Shown one piece after another: positions 9,058 through 19,316 of a DNA stretch of 61,036 bases. The DNA is from an uncultured Lachnospiraceae bacterium (lineage in GTDB: Bacteria; Bacillota; Clostridia; Lachnospirales; Lachnospiraceae). Numbering within the stretch: the first letter of the stretch is position 1; each line of letters opens with the position of its first letter. The notes beneath the pieces were generated by a model, which saw only the letters and a list, made by a program, of their open reading frames with translations, did no database searches and was not told the DNA's origin. Both the position numbers and the translations under genes were made by a program. The stretch covers positions 64,001 through 125,036 of the forward strand of contig CBFFWQ010000011.1 in the NCBI GenBank assembly GCA_965645705.1, given 5' to 3'.

Positions 9058-10939
9058 GGCTGTCGCACTAAGAATTAGTGTGTAGCTCCTTTTTTTTGAA
9101 AAAAAAGACTGTCAGACCTAGAAAAAATCTGACATTTTTGTAAAATATAAGTATGCAATTATTAAATATTTTACAAAAAAATTATAACCTAAATCAGAGT
9201 GGATATCAACTAAAACTTCCACTCAATCTTGAAATTTTAATTCCAGAAGATGATTCTGTGCGGTTACTAAGTCAGTTTGTGGAGGCAATGGATTTGACTG
9301 ACTTATATTCTACTTATGAAAGAATAAATTTAGTATCGCCAAGAACACTTCTTAAAATTGTCCTTTACTCTTATATGAATGGGGATTATTCTTCCCGTTC
9401 TATGGAGTTAAACGGTAAAAGAGATATTAATTTTATGTTTCTTTTAGAAGGTATGCCAGCACCTGATCACTCTACTTTTGCACGGTTTCGAAGCATTCAT
9501 TTTGCACCTTGCTCCAAACGTATTCTTGCAGAAATGTCGAATGCACTTTTTGATCTTGGCGAAATTTCTGGAGAAACTGTTTTTATTGATGGCACAAAGA
9601 TCGAAGCTTGTGCAAATAAATACACTTTTGTCTGGAAGAAAGCAGTCACAAAAAATCAAGCAAAACTTTTGATAAAACTGGCTAATTTTGTGGCAGAATG
9701 TGAACAGCTTTATGAAATAAAAATTGTGCATGGAGATACTATAAAAATGAAACACGTTAAGAAACTCCGAAAGAAACTGTATGCTTTAAAACAAAAGGAA
9801 CAGGTTGTTTTTGTTCATGGTATTGGGAAACGAAAAACTCCACTTCAAAAGAGCATAGAAACACTAGAAAACTACTTAGACAGACTCAAAAAATATAATC
9901 AGGAAATTTATATCTGTGGAAAAAGAAACAGCTATTCTAAAACAGATCACGATGCTACTTTCATGCGGATGAAAGAAGATGCTATGGGAAATGGGCAGCT
10001 AAAACCAGCATACAATCTTCAACACGGTGTAGACTCAGAATATATTTCCTGGGTTACGATTGGACCACAACCAACAGACACAACGACACTCATTCCTTTT
10101 TTAAAAGAGGCAGAAGAATATCTGAAATTTAAGTATAAAAATATCACTACGGACGCTGGGTATGAGAGTGAAGAAAACTATCACTTTTTGGAAACAAATG
10201 GACAGCTTTCCTATATCAAACCCACAAACTATGAGAGTTCCAAAACTCGTAAGTATAAAAATGATATTGGAAAAATGGAAACTATGGAGTATGATGCGGA
10301 ATCTGACAGTTATACTTGTAAAAACAACAAAAAACTGATGGTAGACCATATCCAACATTCGAAAACAAAAACAGGCTATCGCAGTGAAAAAACGATTTAC
10401 AAGTGTGAAGACTGCACTGGTTGTCCCTATAAAAAAGATTGCATCAAAGGAAACAACTGGAAAACACCTCTGGAAGAAAGAACCAAAACGCTACAAGTTG
10501 CCAAAACATTTTTGAAATACAGAGAGGAAGACTTCGAACGGATTCGTTCGGAAGAAGGAACTCTTTTTCGAACAAATCGAAGTATTCAAGTAGAAGGGTC
10601 TTTTGGCGATATCAAACAAGATATGCAGTTTCGGAGATATCTAAGCAAAGGGAACTCGAATGTGCTTGCAGAAAGCATCCTACTTGCTATGGCAAGGAAT
10701 CTAAAAAAACTCCATAACAAAATTCAAAAAGGTAACACGGGAATGCATTTATTTCCACTAAAAAGTGCCTAAATTTTGACCTTTTAAAAAATTTTTTTGA
10801 GCCATGGGAGATGGCTTATTAAAGTACGTCTTTTTTGTAAAATATTAACAGAAAATAGGAATTTTTTAAAAGTTATCCTAAAAAAGAGTAAACATAAGGC
10901 TGTTCTTTTACGATTTCTGAATCGTTAAAGCGACAGCCC
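9058..10939 (+). mobile_element. Insertion sequence of the IS1182/IS5 superfamily (~1.9 kb)
   Basis: Terminal inverted repeats GGGCTGTCGC at 9058-9067 and, reverse-complemented, at 10930-10939. It carries a single transposase ORF. It is the only plus-strand gene in the window and contains no copy of the window-wide CTAAAG motif. Confidence 0.75.
9153..10772 (+). CDS. DDE transposase, IS1182-family-like
   Basis: 539 aa. N-terminal motif PDHSTFARFRS (DUF772-type HTH of IS5/IS1182 transposases). C-terminal DDE region with Cys-rich zinc finger CKNNKK...CEDCTGCPYKKDC. Confidence 0.85.
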   Translation: MQLLNILQKNYNLNQSGYQLKLPLNLEILIPEDDSVRLLSQFVEAMDLTDLYSTYERINLVSPRTLLKIVLYSYMNGDYSSRSMELNGKRDINFMFLLEGMPAPDHSTFARFRSIHFAPCSKRILAEMSNALFDLGEISGETVFIDGTKIEACANKYTFVWKKAVTKNQAKLLIKLANFVAECEQLYEIKIVHGDTIKMKHVKKLRKKLYALKQKEQVVFVHGIGKRKTPLQKSIETLENYLDRLKKYNQEIYICGKRNSYSKTDHDATFMRMKEDAMGNGQLKPAYNLQHGVDSEYISWVTIGPQPTDTTTLIPFLKEAEEYLKFKYKNITTDAGYESEENYHFLETNGQLSYIKPTNYESSKTRKYKNDIGKMETMEYDAESDSYTCKNNKKLMVDHIQHSKTKTGYRSEKTIYKCEDCTGCPYKKDCIKGNNWKTPLEERTKTLQVAKTFLKYREEDFERIRSEEGTLFRTNRSIQVEGSFGDIKQDMQFRRYLSKGNSNVLAESILLAMARNLKKLHNKIQKGNTGMHLFPLKSA

Positions 10940-11044
10940 TTCTTACCATTCAATTTAAACCAAACTAAAGGAATGATGATTAGCACTACAAATACAAAAT
11001 CGACTTTCACAACAAACTCAAGAAAATAACGCACAAGCAATCAC

Positions 11045-12259
11045 CTACTTGCTATCACTGGATTTCTCCGAAGAATTGCTGGAATCAGAAGAGGAAGCAT
11101 CATCAGAGGAAGCGGCTTTCTCTGCTTCACCAATAAAACTCAAAACACTCTCAAATGTAACCGCAGCTAAAGCATCGGAATCAATCTCTTTATCATAATC
11201 CCAATCCTTGTCCTCTTCTTCCTGCCAAACAATCATCTGTTCCGCAAATAAATCACTCTTAATGGAATCCGTATTCTCATTCAAATACTTTGTTGTCTTT
11301 GCTTTATCATATTCACTAACTAGAACAAGAACATGATAAGCATTTTCTGCTTCAATAATCTCGCTGTAATCTCCCTCTTTCTTCAAACTATTTGCAGCTT
11401 TAATTAAATCCTCTGAAAAGGAATCTTCATTTGCTTTACAATACACAATTTCCCCTGATAGGGAAGCATCTAAAGACTTCTTTACTTTACTATAAGAAGT
11501 GCCTGACTTTAACATAACTAAAGCTTGTTCTGCCTTAGCTTTCTGACGCTTTTTCTGCTTCTTTGTCATAGTAACAGCTTCCGTCATTCCACTCTCGTTA
11601 CCACTTTTATTCTTATAAAGTTCGAATTGTATATCGTACACAACTCTTTGACGATAATTCTTTTCGTCCAACTTTTCATACAATTTCTTTGTAACTGCAT
11701 CATAAACCTTATCAGCAATTGTGTTTTCAAGCAAAACTTTCTCAATGATACCAGAATTAAGTTCTGCAGTTTCAATTTGATCTTCTGTTAAATTAGCCAT
11801 AAACTGATCTGCATTAGCTACAGACTTTTCTCTTTCTTCATCCGTTAATTCTACCCCATACTCAGCTACTTTCTCATTCATCATAGCGACCATCATAATC
11901 TGATCCATTAAGCCGCTACGTACACTGTCTGCAAAAGTATAAGTATTTCCATCACCATCTTCTCCAACTGGTGTAGACCATACATCAGTACCGTAGACTT
12001 CTTCGTACTGTGCTTGCATAGCAAATGCATACACCCATAACTCCTGCATCGTGATTTCATGATTATGATAAGTACCAATCACAAAATCTACTGGGTACTC
12101 CTTTTCTTTCTCTGTTTCATTTGATTCTGTCCTGACTACATCATCCTTACTCGCTGAACACCCTGTTACTCCAGAAGATAATACTGCTGTCGCAAGTAGC
12201 AGAACTAAAGGTTTCCTCACACTGGATAATGCTTCAAGCACTAAATACTTCTTTTTCAT
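11045..12259 (-). CDS. Lipoprotein, PrsA/SurA-N-terminal-domain-like candidate foldase, with a Ser/Asp-rich tail
   Basis: Lipobox SGVTGC after a signal peptide. The central region resembles parvulin-type PPIase/PrsA. The C-terminus is SSDDASSSDSSNSSEKSSDSK. Confidence 0.45.
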   Translation of the reverse strand: MKKKYLVLEALSSVRKPLVLLLATAVLSSGVTGCSASKDDVVRTESNETEKEKEYPVDFVIGTYHNHEITMQELWVYAFAMQAQYEEVYGTDVWSTPVGEDGDGNTYTFADSVRSGLMDQIMMVAMMNEKVAEYGVELTDEEREKSVANADQFMANLTEDQIETAELNSGIIEKVLLENTIADKVYDAVTKKLYEKLDEKNYRQRVVYDIQFELYKNKSGNESGMTEAVTMTKKQKKRQKAKAEQALVMLKSGTSYSKVKKSLDASLSGEIVYCKANEDSFSEDLIKAANSLKKEGDYSEIIEAENAYHVLVLVSEYDKAKTTKYLNENTDSIKSDLFAEQMIVWQEEEDKDWDYDKEIDSDALAAVTFESVLSFIGEAEKAASSDDASSSDSSNSSEKSSDSK

Positions 12260-12295
12260 TAATTAAATCTCCTTTCGCACCCACCATACAATACT

Positions 12296-13066
12296 CTACA
12301 ACACAAGTCCTTCTATAGTACGTTCTTTTTTAATTTCTTTCGTTGTCATGAATAAGTATTTATAATTACACCCATAGTCAGTGTCCATCCAGCAAGTATC
12401 TAAATGATACTTTACGTCTTTCAATACAACAGAATTCCATGAATGATACTCGCCCGAACTACGAATAAATCCCGTTTCCAGATGGCTCTTGATACCAGCC
12501 TTACAAAGTAATTTATAAACTAAAGAACTGTATCCCTGACACACTGCACTCTGATGAAACAACGCATCATACCCACTGTAATTTGTCAATGAATCATCAT
12601 ACGAAACTCGATACACTACAAATTCACAAATACGCCGAATTTTCTTGCGTTTACTCAATCCCTCTAAATGCAGTTGATCAATTACTCTCTGACACCCAGC
12701 ATCCAACCTCTTTACCTGCTCATAACTCATAACATACTTTGCTTCAAATTCCACTTTCATACCTTCAGCAGTTTCTATTTTTCTTGCACTAATTTCCTTT
12801 AAGTTATTAGACAAAAATTCCCCATCATTCGTTGAATTCTTAAAGTCTACTTTCATAGCTTTTTCAAAAAGTTTCTTGCATTCTATCGTTGAAGGAGAAT
12901 AATCATTCTCGCAATACAATACAAACTCCTCATTGCATAGCACAAGGTTTTTGGCAAGCTCGACAAAAAACTCGGTTTCAGTTCTAACTGCTGCTGAGAC
13001 TGGACACGGCTTCAAACACACTATGAGAAGAACTGCAAATACAAACAATAAAACCTGTTTTCTCAT
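12296..13066 (-). CDS. Secreted transglutaminase-like cysteine peptidase
   Basis: Signal peptide. Core motif AVCQGYSSLVYKLLCKAGIKSHLETG...YHSWNSV (Cys...His transglutaminase-like fold). Confidence 0.65.
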   Translation of the reverse strand: MRKQVLLFVFAVLLIVCLKPCPVSAAVRTETEFFVELAKNLVLCNEEFVLYCENDYSPSTIECKKLFEKAMKVDFKNSTNDGEFLSNNLKEISARKIETAEGMKVEFEAKYVMSYEQVKRLDAGCQRVIDQLHLEGLSKRKKIRRICEFVVYRVSYDDSLTNYSGYDALFHQSAVCQGYSSLVYKLLCKAGIKSHLETGFIRSSGEYHSWNSVVLKDVKYHLDTCWMDTDYGCNYKYLFMTTKEIKKERTIEGLVL

Positions 13067-13078
13067 ACCAATACCTTT

Positions 13079-13936
13079 CTAACCTAAAGGATTGTTCACG
13101 GAATCCTGCTCAGAATCTGAAGAATCTATTTTTAAATTAAATGCACCTACAATTGATTTCTCCTTTAAGGATTTCTGTAAGCCTTCTATTTCGACAACTA
13201 AAGAATGACTATCTAAATCAACGATACAATAATAAAATACTTTCTGCTTACTACCGTCCTGATAAGTAATTTTATAGTATACAAAATCAACATCACCATA
13301 ACTGACACTCTTCTGTACACCTACTTCGACGTTATCATACACGCTAGTGTATACTGTATACACATCATGCACACTATCCGTAGCTTCCAATAAACTCTGT
13401 CCATTCAAATAGTAAGTTACTGTATTCTCACCTTCAGCATCTGAAAATACCGCAACACTATCCAATAAAGCTTTTTGCTTCATCCCCTTAAACAACGGTA
13501 CGGTTAAGATTGCCTTATACTTATGGTCACGAATGATGCACCCTTCTGTTCCAAAAGCGAAGTCATTTGCCTTATACTTAATTTCCTTGTTGTTAACAAC
13601 AGAAATACCGTCAAAAGCACTAGTATTAGAAATGCTACTGGAAATCTCTGCAACTGCTGGATCAGCATACCCGCCAGTGTCAGGATCTACACTTTCCGTA
13701 GCAACACCAGAATTGAAACTTGCATCTATGTTCTCTACAATGCTACTTCCATCATACACAGACAAGTTCTTCATTAATTTCACCTTATCTACTTCTGGTA
13801 AATTCATCACTACTTGAGCGTTAGAATCCTGAGAGTGAAAGACATACCCATAGAAACTATACAAACTACCTACTGCCATACACAAAATAGGAACAATTAA
13901 TAAATTTTTAGCTTTCATTCGACACCTCAATTGCAC
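13079..13936 (-). CDS. Membrane-anchored/secreted hypothetical protein
   Basis: 285 aa with an N-terminal TM/signal segment. Confidence 0.5.
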   Translation of the reverse strand: MQLRCRMKAKNLLIVPILCMAVGSLYSFYGYVFHSQDSNAQVVMNLPEVDKVKLMKNLSVYDGSSIVENIDASFNSGVATESVDPDTGGYADPAVAEISSSISNTSAFDGISVVNNKEIKYKANDFAFGTEGCIIRDHKYKAILTVPLFKGMKQKALLDSVAVFSDAEGENTVTYYLNGQSLLEATDSVHDVYTVYTSVYDNVEVGVQKSVSYGDVDFVYYKITYQDGSKQKVFYYCIVDLDSHSLVVEIEGLQKSLKEKSIVGAFNLKIDSSDSEQDSVNNPLG

Positions 13937-14013
13937 AAACCAAACTCATGAGCTTTCAATATTTTAAGAAAATACTGCTGTCGCAAACGAATCTAAAGGC
14001 TCATGAATCTAAA

Positions 14014-14832
14014 TCAGTCACTGTCAAAAATCTCTTTTTTAATCAAATCCTGCAATGACTCGAAAGATTCTAAATTACCAGGATCTTCATAATCATAAAT
14101 TGCAATTACAACATTACTAAACACTTTTCTATAAGATTTTAAAATACTACCCAGTACCTTAACTATCGTACTTTCTTTATAACCACGCTGCTGAAAATTC
14201 AAGTCATTTAAAACAACAGTATCTATGGAATGCCTACAAGCTACCTTAAAAGCAAGAAGTAATTTCTCTGTCAAATTACTTCTCAAAAATAATTCATCGT
14301 ATTCAATTCCTTTTACACTAGGAGCAGCAATTGTAATCACATCTAACAAAAACCAATGCTGTAAAAATTCAGCATTGAAATCATCCGTCTTTATCTGTAT
14401 CACTTTTGGTGAGTACACTACACTACTTGTTCCATAGACAGGATCTCCTTCTCCATAAAATCGAGTCATTACTTTGGTGCAACTGAGACTTCTATACAAA
14501 TTTGTACTACGGCACAAAGACTCTTCTGTAAAAGGATAACCTAAAGTTACTCCGCCACCAGGAATACTTCTATCGCCACAATTGATAACACAAATTTTAG
14601 AATGCTCATTAGCATTCAATTTTGTAGCTGCATTAAGAATTCTATCATTAGTAAAAATTAATCTTCCGCTTCGTACAGGATCTAAAGATTCCTCGCACTT
14701 ACTATACACAATTGTTTTTTCCACCATATTTCTTGTGAACATCCTAATTTTATTAGGACGTTCTATAACAGCATTCAAGTGCATGAAATCCTGCATTAAC
14801 TTAGCCCTGACACCTTCTTTCATTTCTAACAC
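14014..14832 (-). CDS. Macrodomain protein of the bacterial PARG-like family (DUF2263/TIGR02452-like)
   Basis: Motif ICVINCGDRSIPGGGVTLGYPFTEESLCRSTNLY matches the PARG signature GGG-x6-8-(Q/T)EE of ADP-ribose glycohydrolase macrodomains. Confidence 0.55.
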   Translation of the reverse strand: MLEMKEGVRAKLMQDFMHLNAVIERPNKIRMFTRNMVEKTIVYSKCEESLDPVRSGRLIFTNDRILNAATKLNANEHSKICVINCGDRSIPGGGVTLGYPFTEESLCRSTNLYRSLSCTKVMTRFYGEGDPVYGTSSVVYSPKVIQIKTDDFNAEFLQHWFLLDVITIAAPSVKGIEYDELFLRSNLTEKLLLAFKVACRHSIDTVVLNDLNFQQRGYKESTIVKVLGSILKSYRKVFSNVVIAIYDYEDPGNLESFESLQDLIKKEIFDSD

Positions 14833-14986
14833 TTTTCATTCTCCTTTCTTTATTCTGACTTAAGTTAATTGACTTAGTTCCTTAGCGAATGCTACTTAAA
14901 GACTGTCACAAACTGACTTAATCCGCTTCAAACTAAACTGTCATAATAAAAAGGAGTATCGTAATAATTTATTTTCTAACTGATTA

Positions 14987-15610
14987 TTATTCTTTGAATA
15001 ATAATGCGGGAGATTCACCTAAAGAAATTACATAATCAGTACAACCTACTGGGATTACAAAAATAAACCTTCCTTTACACGGAGTATTACCAATAAAATA
15101 ATCCCTATCAGTTTCGATAAATCTTGTTGTACTTACCTTATAACTTTTTCTCTCAAATACAATTTCCAAGGACAAATCTAAAGAGAGGATCTCTGATGCA
15201 ATACGAGTATGATAATACGCATAAAATTTATCCACCTCTGGAACAATGGTGTATTCAGCAATTGCAAACTCCAAATCTTTATTTTTCAAATTTGCAATCG
15301 GTCGTAGCTTTGTTTCCTGATTATAAGCAGTTACAATGGCAAGTGCCTCTTTTCCACGAATTACACGATCTAAAGAGACCTTCGCCTCAAACACTTCAAC
15401 TGTCTGATCGCTATGCTTCTTAAAATCTGGATTGTAAAGTTCCGTTTTTCCAGACTCACCTACACTTAATGCAAAATCCTCCAGCAAGGCTTCTTCCTGC
15501 AAATCTTCTGTATACGACTGCCGTACTTCTCGCTGTTCCCATGGTTCTATAATAATAAACACAATAGCAATAGCCATCACAACCATGCCTATACATAACT
15601 TTTTACGCAT
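14987..15610 (-). CDS. Membrane-anchored hypothetical protein
   Basis: 207 aa with an N-terminal TM helix. Confidence 0.5.
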   Translation of the reverse strand: MRKKLCIGMVVMAIAIVFIIIEPWEQREVRQSYTEDLQEEALLEDFALSVGESGKTELYNPDFKKHSDQTVEVFEAKVSLDRVIRGKEALAIVTAYNQETKLRPIANLKNKDLEFAIAEYTIVPEVDKFYAYYHTRIASEILSLDLSLEIVFERKSYKVSTTRFIETDRDYFIGNTPCKGRFIFVIPVGCTDYVISLGESPALLFKE

Positions 15611-15618
15611 GAACTAAA

Positions 15619-15861
15619 TCACCACAGTTCCTCTTCAGCAAAATTATTCAAACGCCTTGACTCATTTTCATTATCCAATAAGCCATCAAGCTCTTTACGA
15701 ACCTGTCGCTGTTGCTCTCCTGTCAACGCACTTTCCTCTTCTTCTTTCATCATTAATTGATAGGCTAACATCTCCGTTGCCTCACTTAAAGATGAAAGAA
15801 CAGATTCATCTACAATAACTGCCATAAAGCCACCACCTCTCAATAGAACTAAAGGGAACAC
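15619..15861 (-). CDS. Small acidic hypothetical protein
   Basis: 80-aa ORF abutting the upstream gene. Confidence 0.35.
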   Translation of the reverse strand: MFPLVLLRGGGFMAVIVDESVLSSLSEATEMLAYQLMMKEEEESALTGEQQRQVRKELDGLLDNENESRRLNNFAEEELW

Positions 15862-16026
15862 AGAACAGCAAAAGCTGCACTATGATTCCCTACGTAATCA
15901 GTGCATACCTAAAGGCGTACACTGTATAATTATCACTACAACCCAAAAAGTCACTGGATGCTATTAACGCCCAGTGACTTACACAACCCACAACAAATAC
16001 TTTCAGACTACAATACAAAAATCGAA

Positions 16027-18102
16027 TTAAATGCGAGGAATATCATAATACTTCAACAAAGTGTTCAAAACACTAAGATTAGCAACATCACTCAAATCAA
16101 TACAATAAACTTCAACCAAGCCTATAATCTCTTTCTTTACATCAGCTAAAGCTTCATACATAGTTTCTGAAGTGTAAGAAGTGCTTCCCTCCAAACCAGC
16201 TACTAGATAATTATGCTCACGATTAAGTTCTTCTACCTTGTTAATAATCGCAGCAGTAGAAACAGCTTTTGCAGACATCACATACTGACCATCTACCATG
16301 CGGCACAACTTCCAGTAATTCTCACGAGCTTGAACATAATACGGATACATCTCAAAATCACTTGTTGCTAGACCACTGACACTAGCCAATGCATCTTCAA
16401 CAGCACTACGTGCTCTGCCTAACTTTGTCTGTAGAATCCTTAATCTAGCAGAATCACCACTGTACTCGGTTACATTAATTACATTCGAGTCATTCATTAA
16501 TTCTTCACGAATAACCTTATTGACATTGTCAATCTTTGCCTGCTGTTCCGCAGAATACGAAATTGCCTGTACTGCCAGAGTTACACTTGCTACTTGAGAA
16601 GCACAAACACCATAAATAACTACTTCGCCTTTCTTCTTAGCTGTTACAAGACCAGTCGTACTGTTCACTGTAGCAACACTTGTATCAGAAGAAACAAAGG
16701 AAGTATTCTTCTGGTTGGATTCGACCATGCAAGTATCTCCTTCTTTCAGAATAGTAGCAGAAGGAGTTAACTGCAATACCTCAGCAGAACCAACATAATC
16801 CACTACAATCTGCGTCTTAATGGACACTCCGTTATGGTATGCAAAAATATTACAAGTCCCAATATTGTTTGCAGTTAAAACACCAGTCTTAGCATCAATG
16901 GAAGCAATCTCTGGATTATCACTTACAAATACAGCATCTTTCTTATTCACTGTAATTGTTGCAGTAGTACCCACTTTATAAGAAGAAGCTACTTTCTCAA
17001 AACCTAAAGGCTGCGTATCATTGGATACCACTACTTGGAATACTATAGTTTCAGTACCAGAAATAGCGTAAATGGTAGTAGTACCTGGGGCAATCGCTTT
17101 CACAAGACCAGAAGCAGAATCAACGGTCGCAACTTCGGACTGCTCAGAAATCCATGTTACACCAGCTTTATTTGCTGTAAAAATCTTCTGATCACCTACA
17201 GTTAAATAAGTAACCTTATCTGTAGTAGCTTCAAGAGAACCTACCTCTTTAGCATAAACCGTAATAATTACGCTAACTGTAGCACCTTCATAAGTCGCAT
17301 AAATAGTGGTACTTCCCGTAGCTAAAGCCTCTACATTACCGTTCTTATCAATCGTAGCAACCTTTGGATCAGAGGACGAGAAAGAAACACCTGTCTTGTT
17401 TGTTTCGATTTTCTGTTTCTTCCCAACTACCATTGCCGCACTAGATTTCGTGATTTTTAAAGGTTCTGTAGACTTAGCTACAACCGTAACTACTTTAAGA
17501 ATAGATACACCCTTAAATGTAGCAGTAATTACCGTACTACCTGGAGCTACTGCTGTTAACCTACCAGTAGTAGCATCTACCGTTGCAGCTGCTACATTAG
17601 AAGACATGTACACAATTCCTTTATTCTTTACATTAGTAACATAATCAGAAGTCTTCCCAACCTCCAAACTATCGGCACCTGCTTTAAACTTCATCTCGCC
17701 CACACTCACACGATAATGAGCATAAGCAATCTGCGTACCATAAGTCCTTGTAACACGAATAATGCAAGTACCTACACTAATACCTGTAATTGCTCCTGTT
17801 GATGCATCAATAGTCGCAATCGCAGGATTAAGACTCTCATACTTATAAGAAATCGTACTTCCAGTGCTATACCGTGGTAAGCACTTAGAAACCATTCCTT
17901 TCAAAATCACATAATTTCTTTTAATCTTAACAGTTTGTCCTGCCACCTGCACTATGTCAGAAGTAGCTGAAATTGCCTCCACACCAGATGCTTCAGCTAC
18001 GCTGTTACTAACTACAGGTGTACCACTAAAGCACAAAGATGCTGCTATTACAGCAGCCAAAATTTTCTTTTTCAATTTTATACCTCCTGTTTCATGTAAC
18101 AA
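16027..18102 (-). CDS. Surface protein with six bacterial Ig-like (Big_2) repeats
   Basis: Signal peptide. Six repeats of the pattern A(T/S)(I/V)D..TG.(L/I)TA...G...I.A. Confidence 0.7.
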   Translation of the reverse strand: MLHETGGIKLKKKILAAVIAASLCFSGTPVVSNSVAEASGVEAISATSDIVQVAGQTVKIKRNYVILKGMVSKCLPRYSTGSTISYKYESLNPAIATIDASTGAITGISVGTCIIRVTRTYGTQIAYAHYRVSVGEMKFKAGADSLEVGKTSDYVTNVKNKGIVYMSSNVAAATVDATTGRLTAVAPGSTVITATFKGVSILKVVTVVAKSTEPLKITKSSAAMVVGKKQKIETNKTGVSFSSSDPKVATIDKNGNVEALATGSTTIYATYEGATVSVIITVYAKEVGSLEATTDKVTYLTVGDQKIFTANKAGVTWISEQSEVATVDSASGLVKAIAPGTTTIYAISGTETIVFQVVVSNDTQPLGFEKVASSYKVGTTATITVNKKDAVFVSDNPEIASIDAKTGVLTANNIGTCNIFAYHNGVSIKTQIVVDYVGSAEVLQLTPSATILKEGDTCMVESNQKNTSFVSSDTSVATVNSTTGLVTAKKKGEVVIYGVCASQVASVTLAVQAISYSAEQQAKIDNVNKVIREELMNDSNVINVTEYSGDSARLRILQTKLGRARSAVEDALASVSGLATSDFEMYPYYVQARENYWKLCRMVDGQYVMSAKAVSTAAIINKVEELNREHNYLVAGLEGSTSYTSETMYEALADVKKEIIGLVEVYCIDLSDVANLSVLNTLLKYYDIPRI

Positions 18103-18152
18103 TCAACTCTGCTACAAGTTAATTGTAAAATAAGTTGATGAACAATACGGAA

Positions 18153-19316
18153 TTAGGTTTCGCCTGCTACAGCACCTTCTTCCTCTATGTTATCATTGGA
18201 TTCTTCAGATTCAACAGAATCTAAAGGACTATCATCAGTGACAGTAAGTGGTAGGGATAAATAATACTTCTCATCTCGCCAATAGATTTCCTCTGTATCG
18301 CCAGGAACTACAAGCACTGCTACCAAATTCACCTTATTCGCTACGGACGGGTCAATTACTCCAGAACCTGTAAACGCTAAATCCTTAATACCATTGCTTA
18401 CAACTTTCCGATACAACTTGTCCATAGCAATAAAATTTGATTTTACACTATGCTTCTTACTATCTAACGATGATAAACTGTATTTTAAATAAACGACTTT
18501 AGCATCCTCCTGAACGCTAATGTCGCTATTCACAACATTTATGGAAGCTAAAGCTTCCAGTGCAGCATCACCAACACACAATTCTTGTACGCTCAATACG
18601 GCTTTGAAGTGTCCGCCATCATCCTCCATCCGTACAACCTTAGCATCATTCAAACCAATTTTAGAAAATAAAGAAGAGTTCTCTCCTCTATTTGACTCTT
18701 GTTTCGTAAGTAAAATTTTAATACTATTCACTGCCTGAAATACAAAAGGCTCTAACTCACTCACTAAAAAGGAATCTGACTCCAGAGAATCCCCAACTAA
18801 AGGAATCTCTACTTCTTTTGTATCTAAAGGAACTTTCCCGTTAGCAATACCTGATGCTATCGCAGAAACTAAAAAGCTATTTAACTCGTATTCGGAAACA
18901 CCTAAAGAAACGAGATTTACATACTCATCTTTTATAGAAGGATTTTCCTCTACAACCATCTCCATTGATTTTGGAAAATTAGGAAAACTGTACTCTACAA
19001 CAGCGGTCTCCTCATCGCTTAAAACAACAGAATGAATGCTGGACTTACCTAACACAGCATTTACAATAAATTTAGCACCTGTAACACTGTTTTGTTTTTC
19101 AAGCATTCCACTACCTGTATGCTCTGCAAACAGGCTCGAATTAATAAAATGATCAAAATCGGTGAACCCTACATCATAAAAAGCTACTTCTGAAACACTC
19201 TCAGAGACACTTTCGCCATCAATCACACTATCGATTTTACTACTATCATCGAAACCAGCACAACCCGAAAGGGTTAAACTAAAGGTAGTGAGAAAAACTA
19301 ATGTTCTAATCCGCAA
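18153..19316 (-). CDS. Lipoprotein
   Basis: Lipobox LTLSGC; 387 aa. Confidence 0.55.
   Translation of the reverse strand: MRIRTLVFLTTFSLTLSGCAGFDDSSKIDSVIDGESVSESVSEVAFYDVGFTDFDHFINSSLFAEHTGSGMLEKQNSVTGAKFIVNAVLGKSSIHSVVLSDEETAVVEYSFPNFPKSMEMVVEENPSIKDEYVNLVSLGVSEYELNSFLVSAIASGIANGKVPLDTKEVEIPLVGDSLESDSFLVSELEPFVFQAVNSIKILLTKQESNRGENSSLFSKIGLNDAKVVRMEDDGGHFKAVLSVQELCVGDAALEALASINVVNSDISVQEDAKVVYLKYSLSSLDSKKHSVKSNFIAMDKLYRKVVSNGIKDLAFTGSGVIDPSVANKVNLVAVLVVPGDTEEIYWRDEKYYLSLPLTVTDDSPLDSVESEESNDNIEEEGAVAGET

Noticed and set aside
9444-10358. Minus-strand ORFs inside the transposase gene (9444..9755, 10101..10358), plus 10439..10717 (+) in another frame.
   Set aside because: They are shadow or alternative-frame ORFs of the IS transposase.
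10790-10825. Hairpin AGCCAT-GGGAG-ATGGCT after the transposase gene as a terminator.
   Set aside because: No adjacent T-run; too weak to call.
17306-17644. Plus-strand ORFs inside minus-strand genes (e.g. 535..849, 1959..2216, 6700..6948, 7213..7410, 13523..13817, 14225..14437, 17306..17644, 45098..45295, 49053..49319).
   Set aside because: They are antisense shadow ORFs inside long well-supported genes, with low-complexity or hydrophobic artefactual translations.
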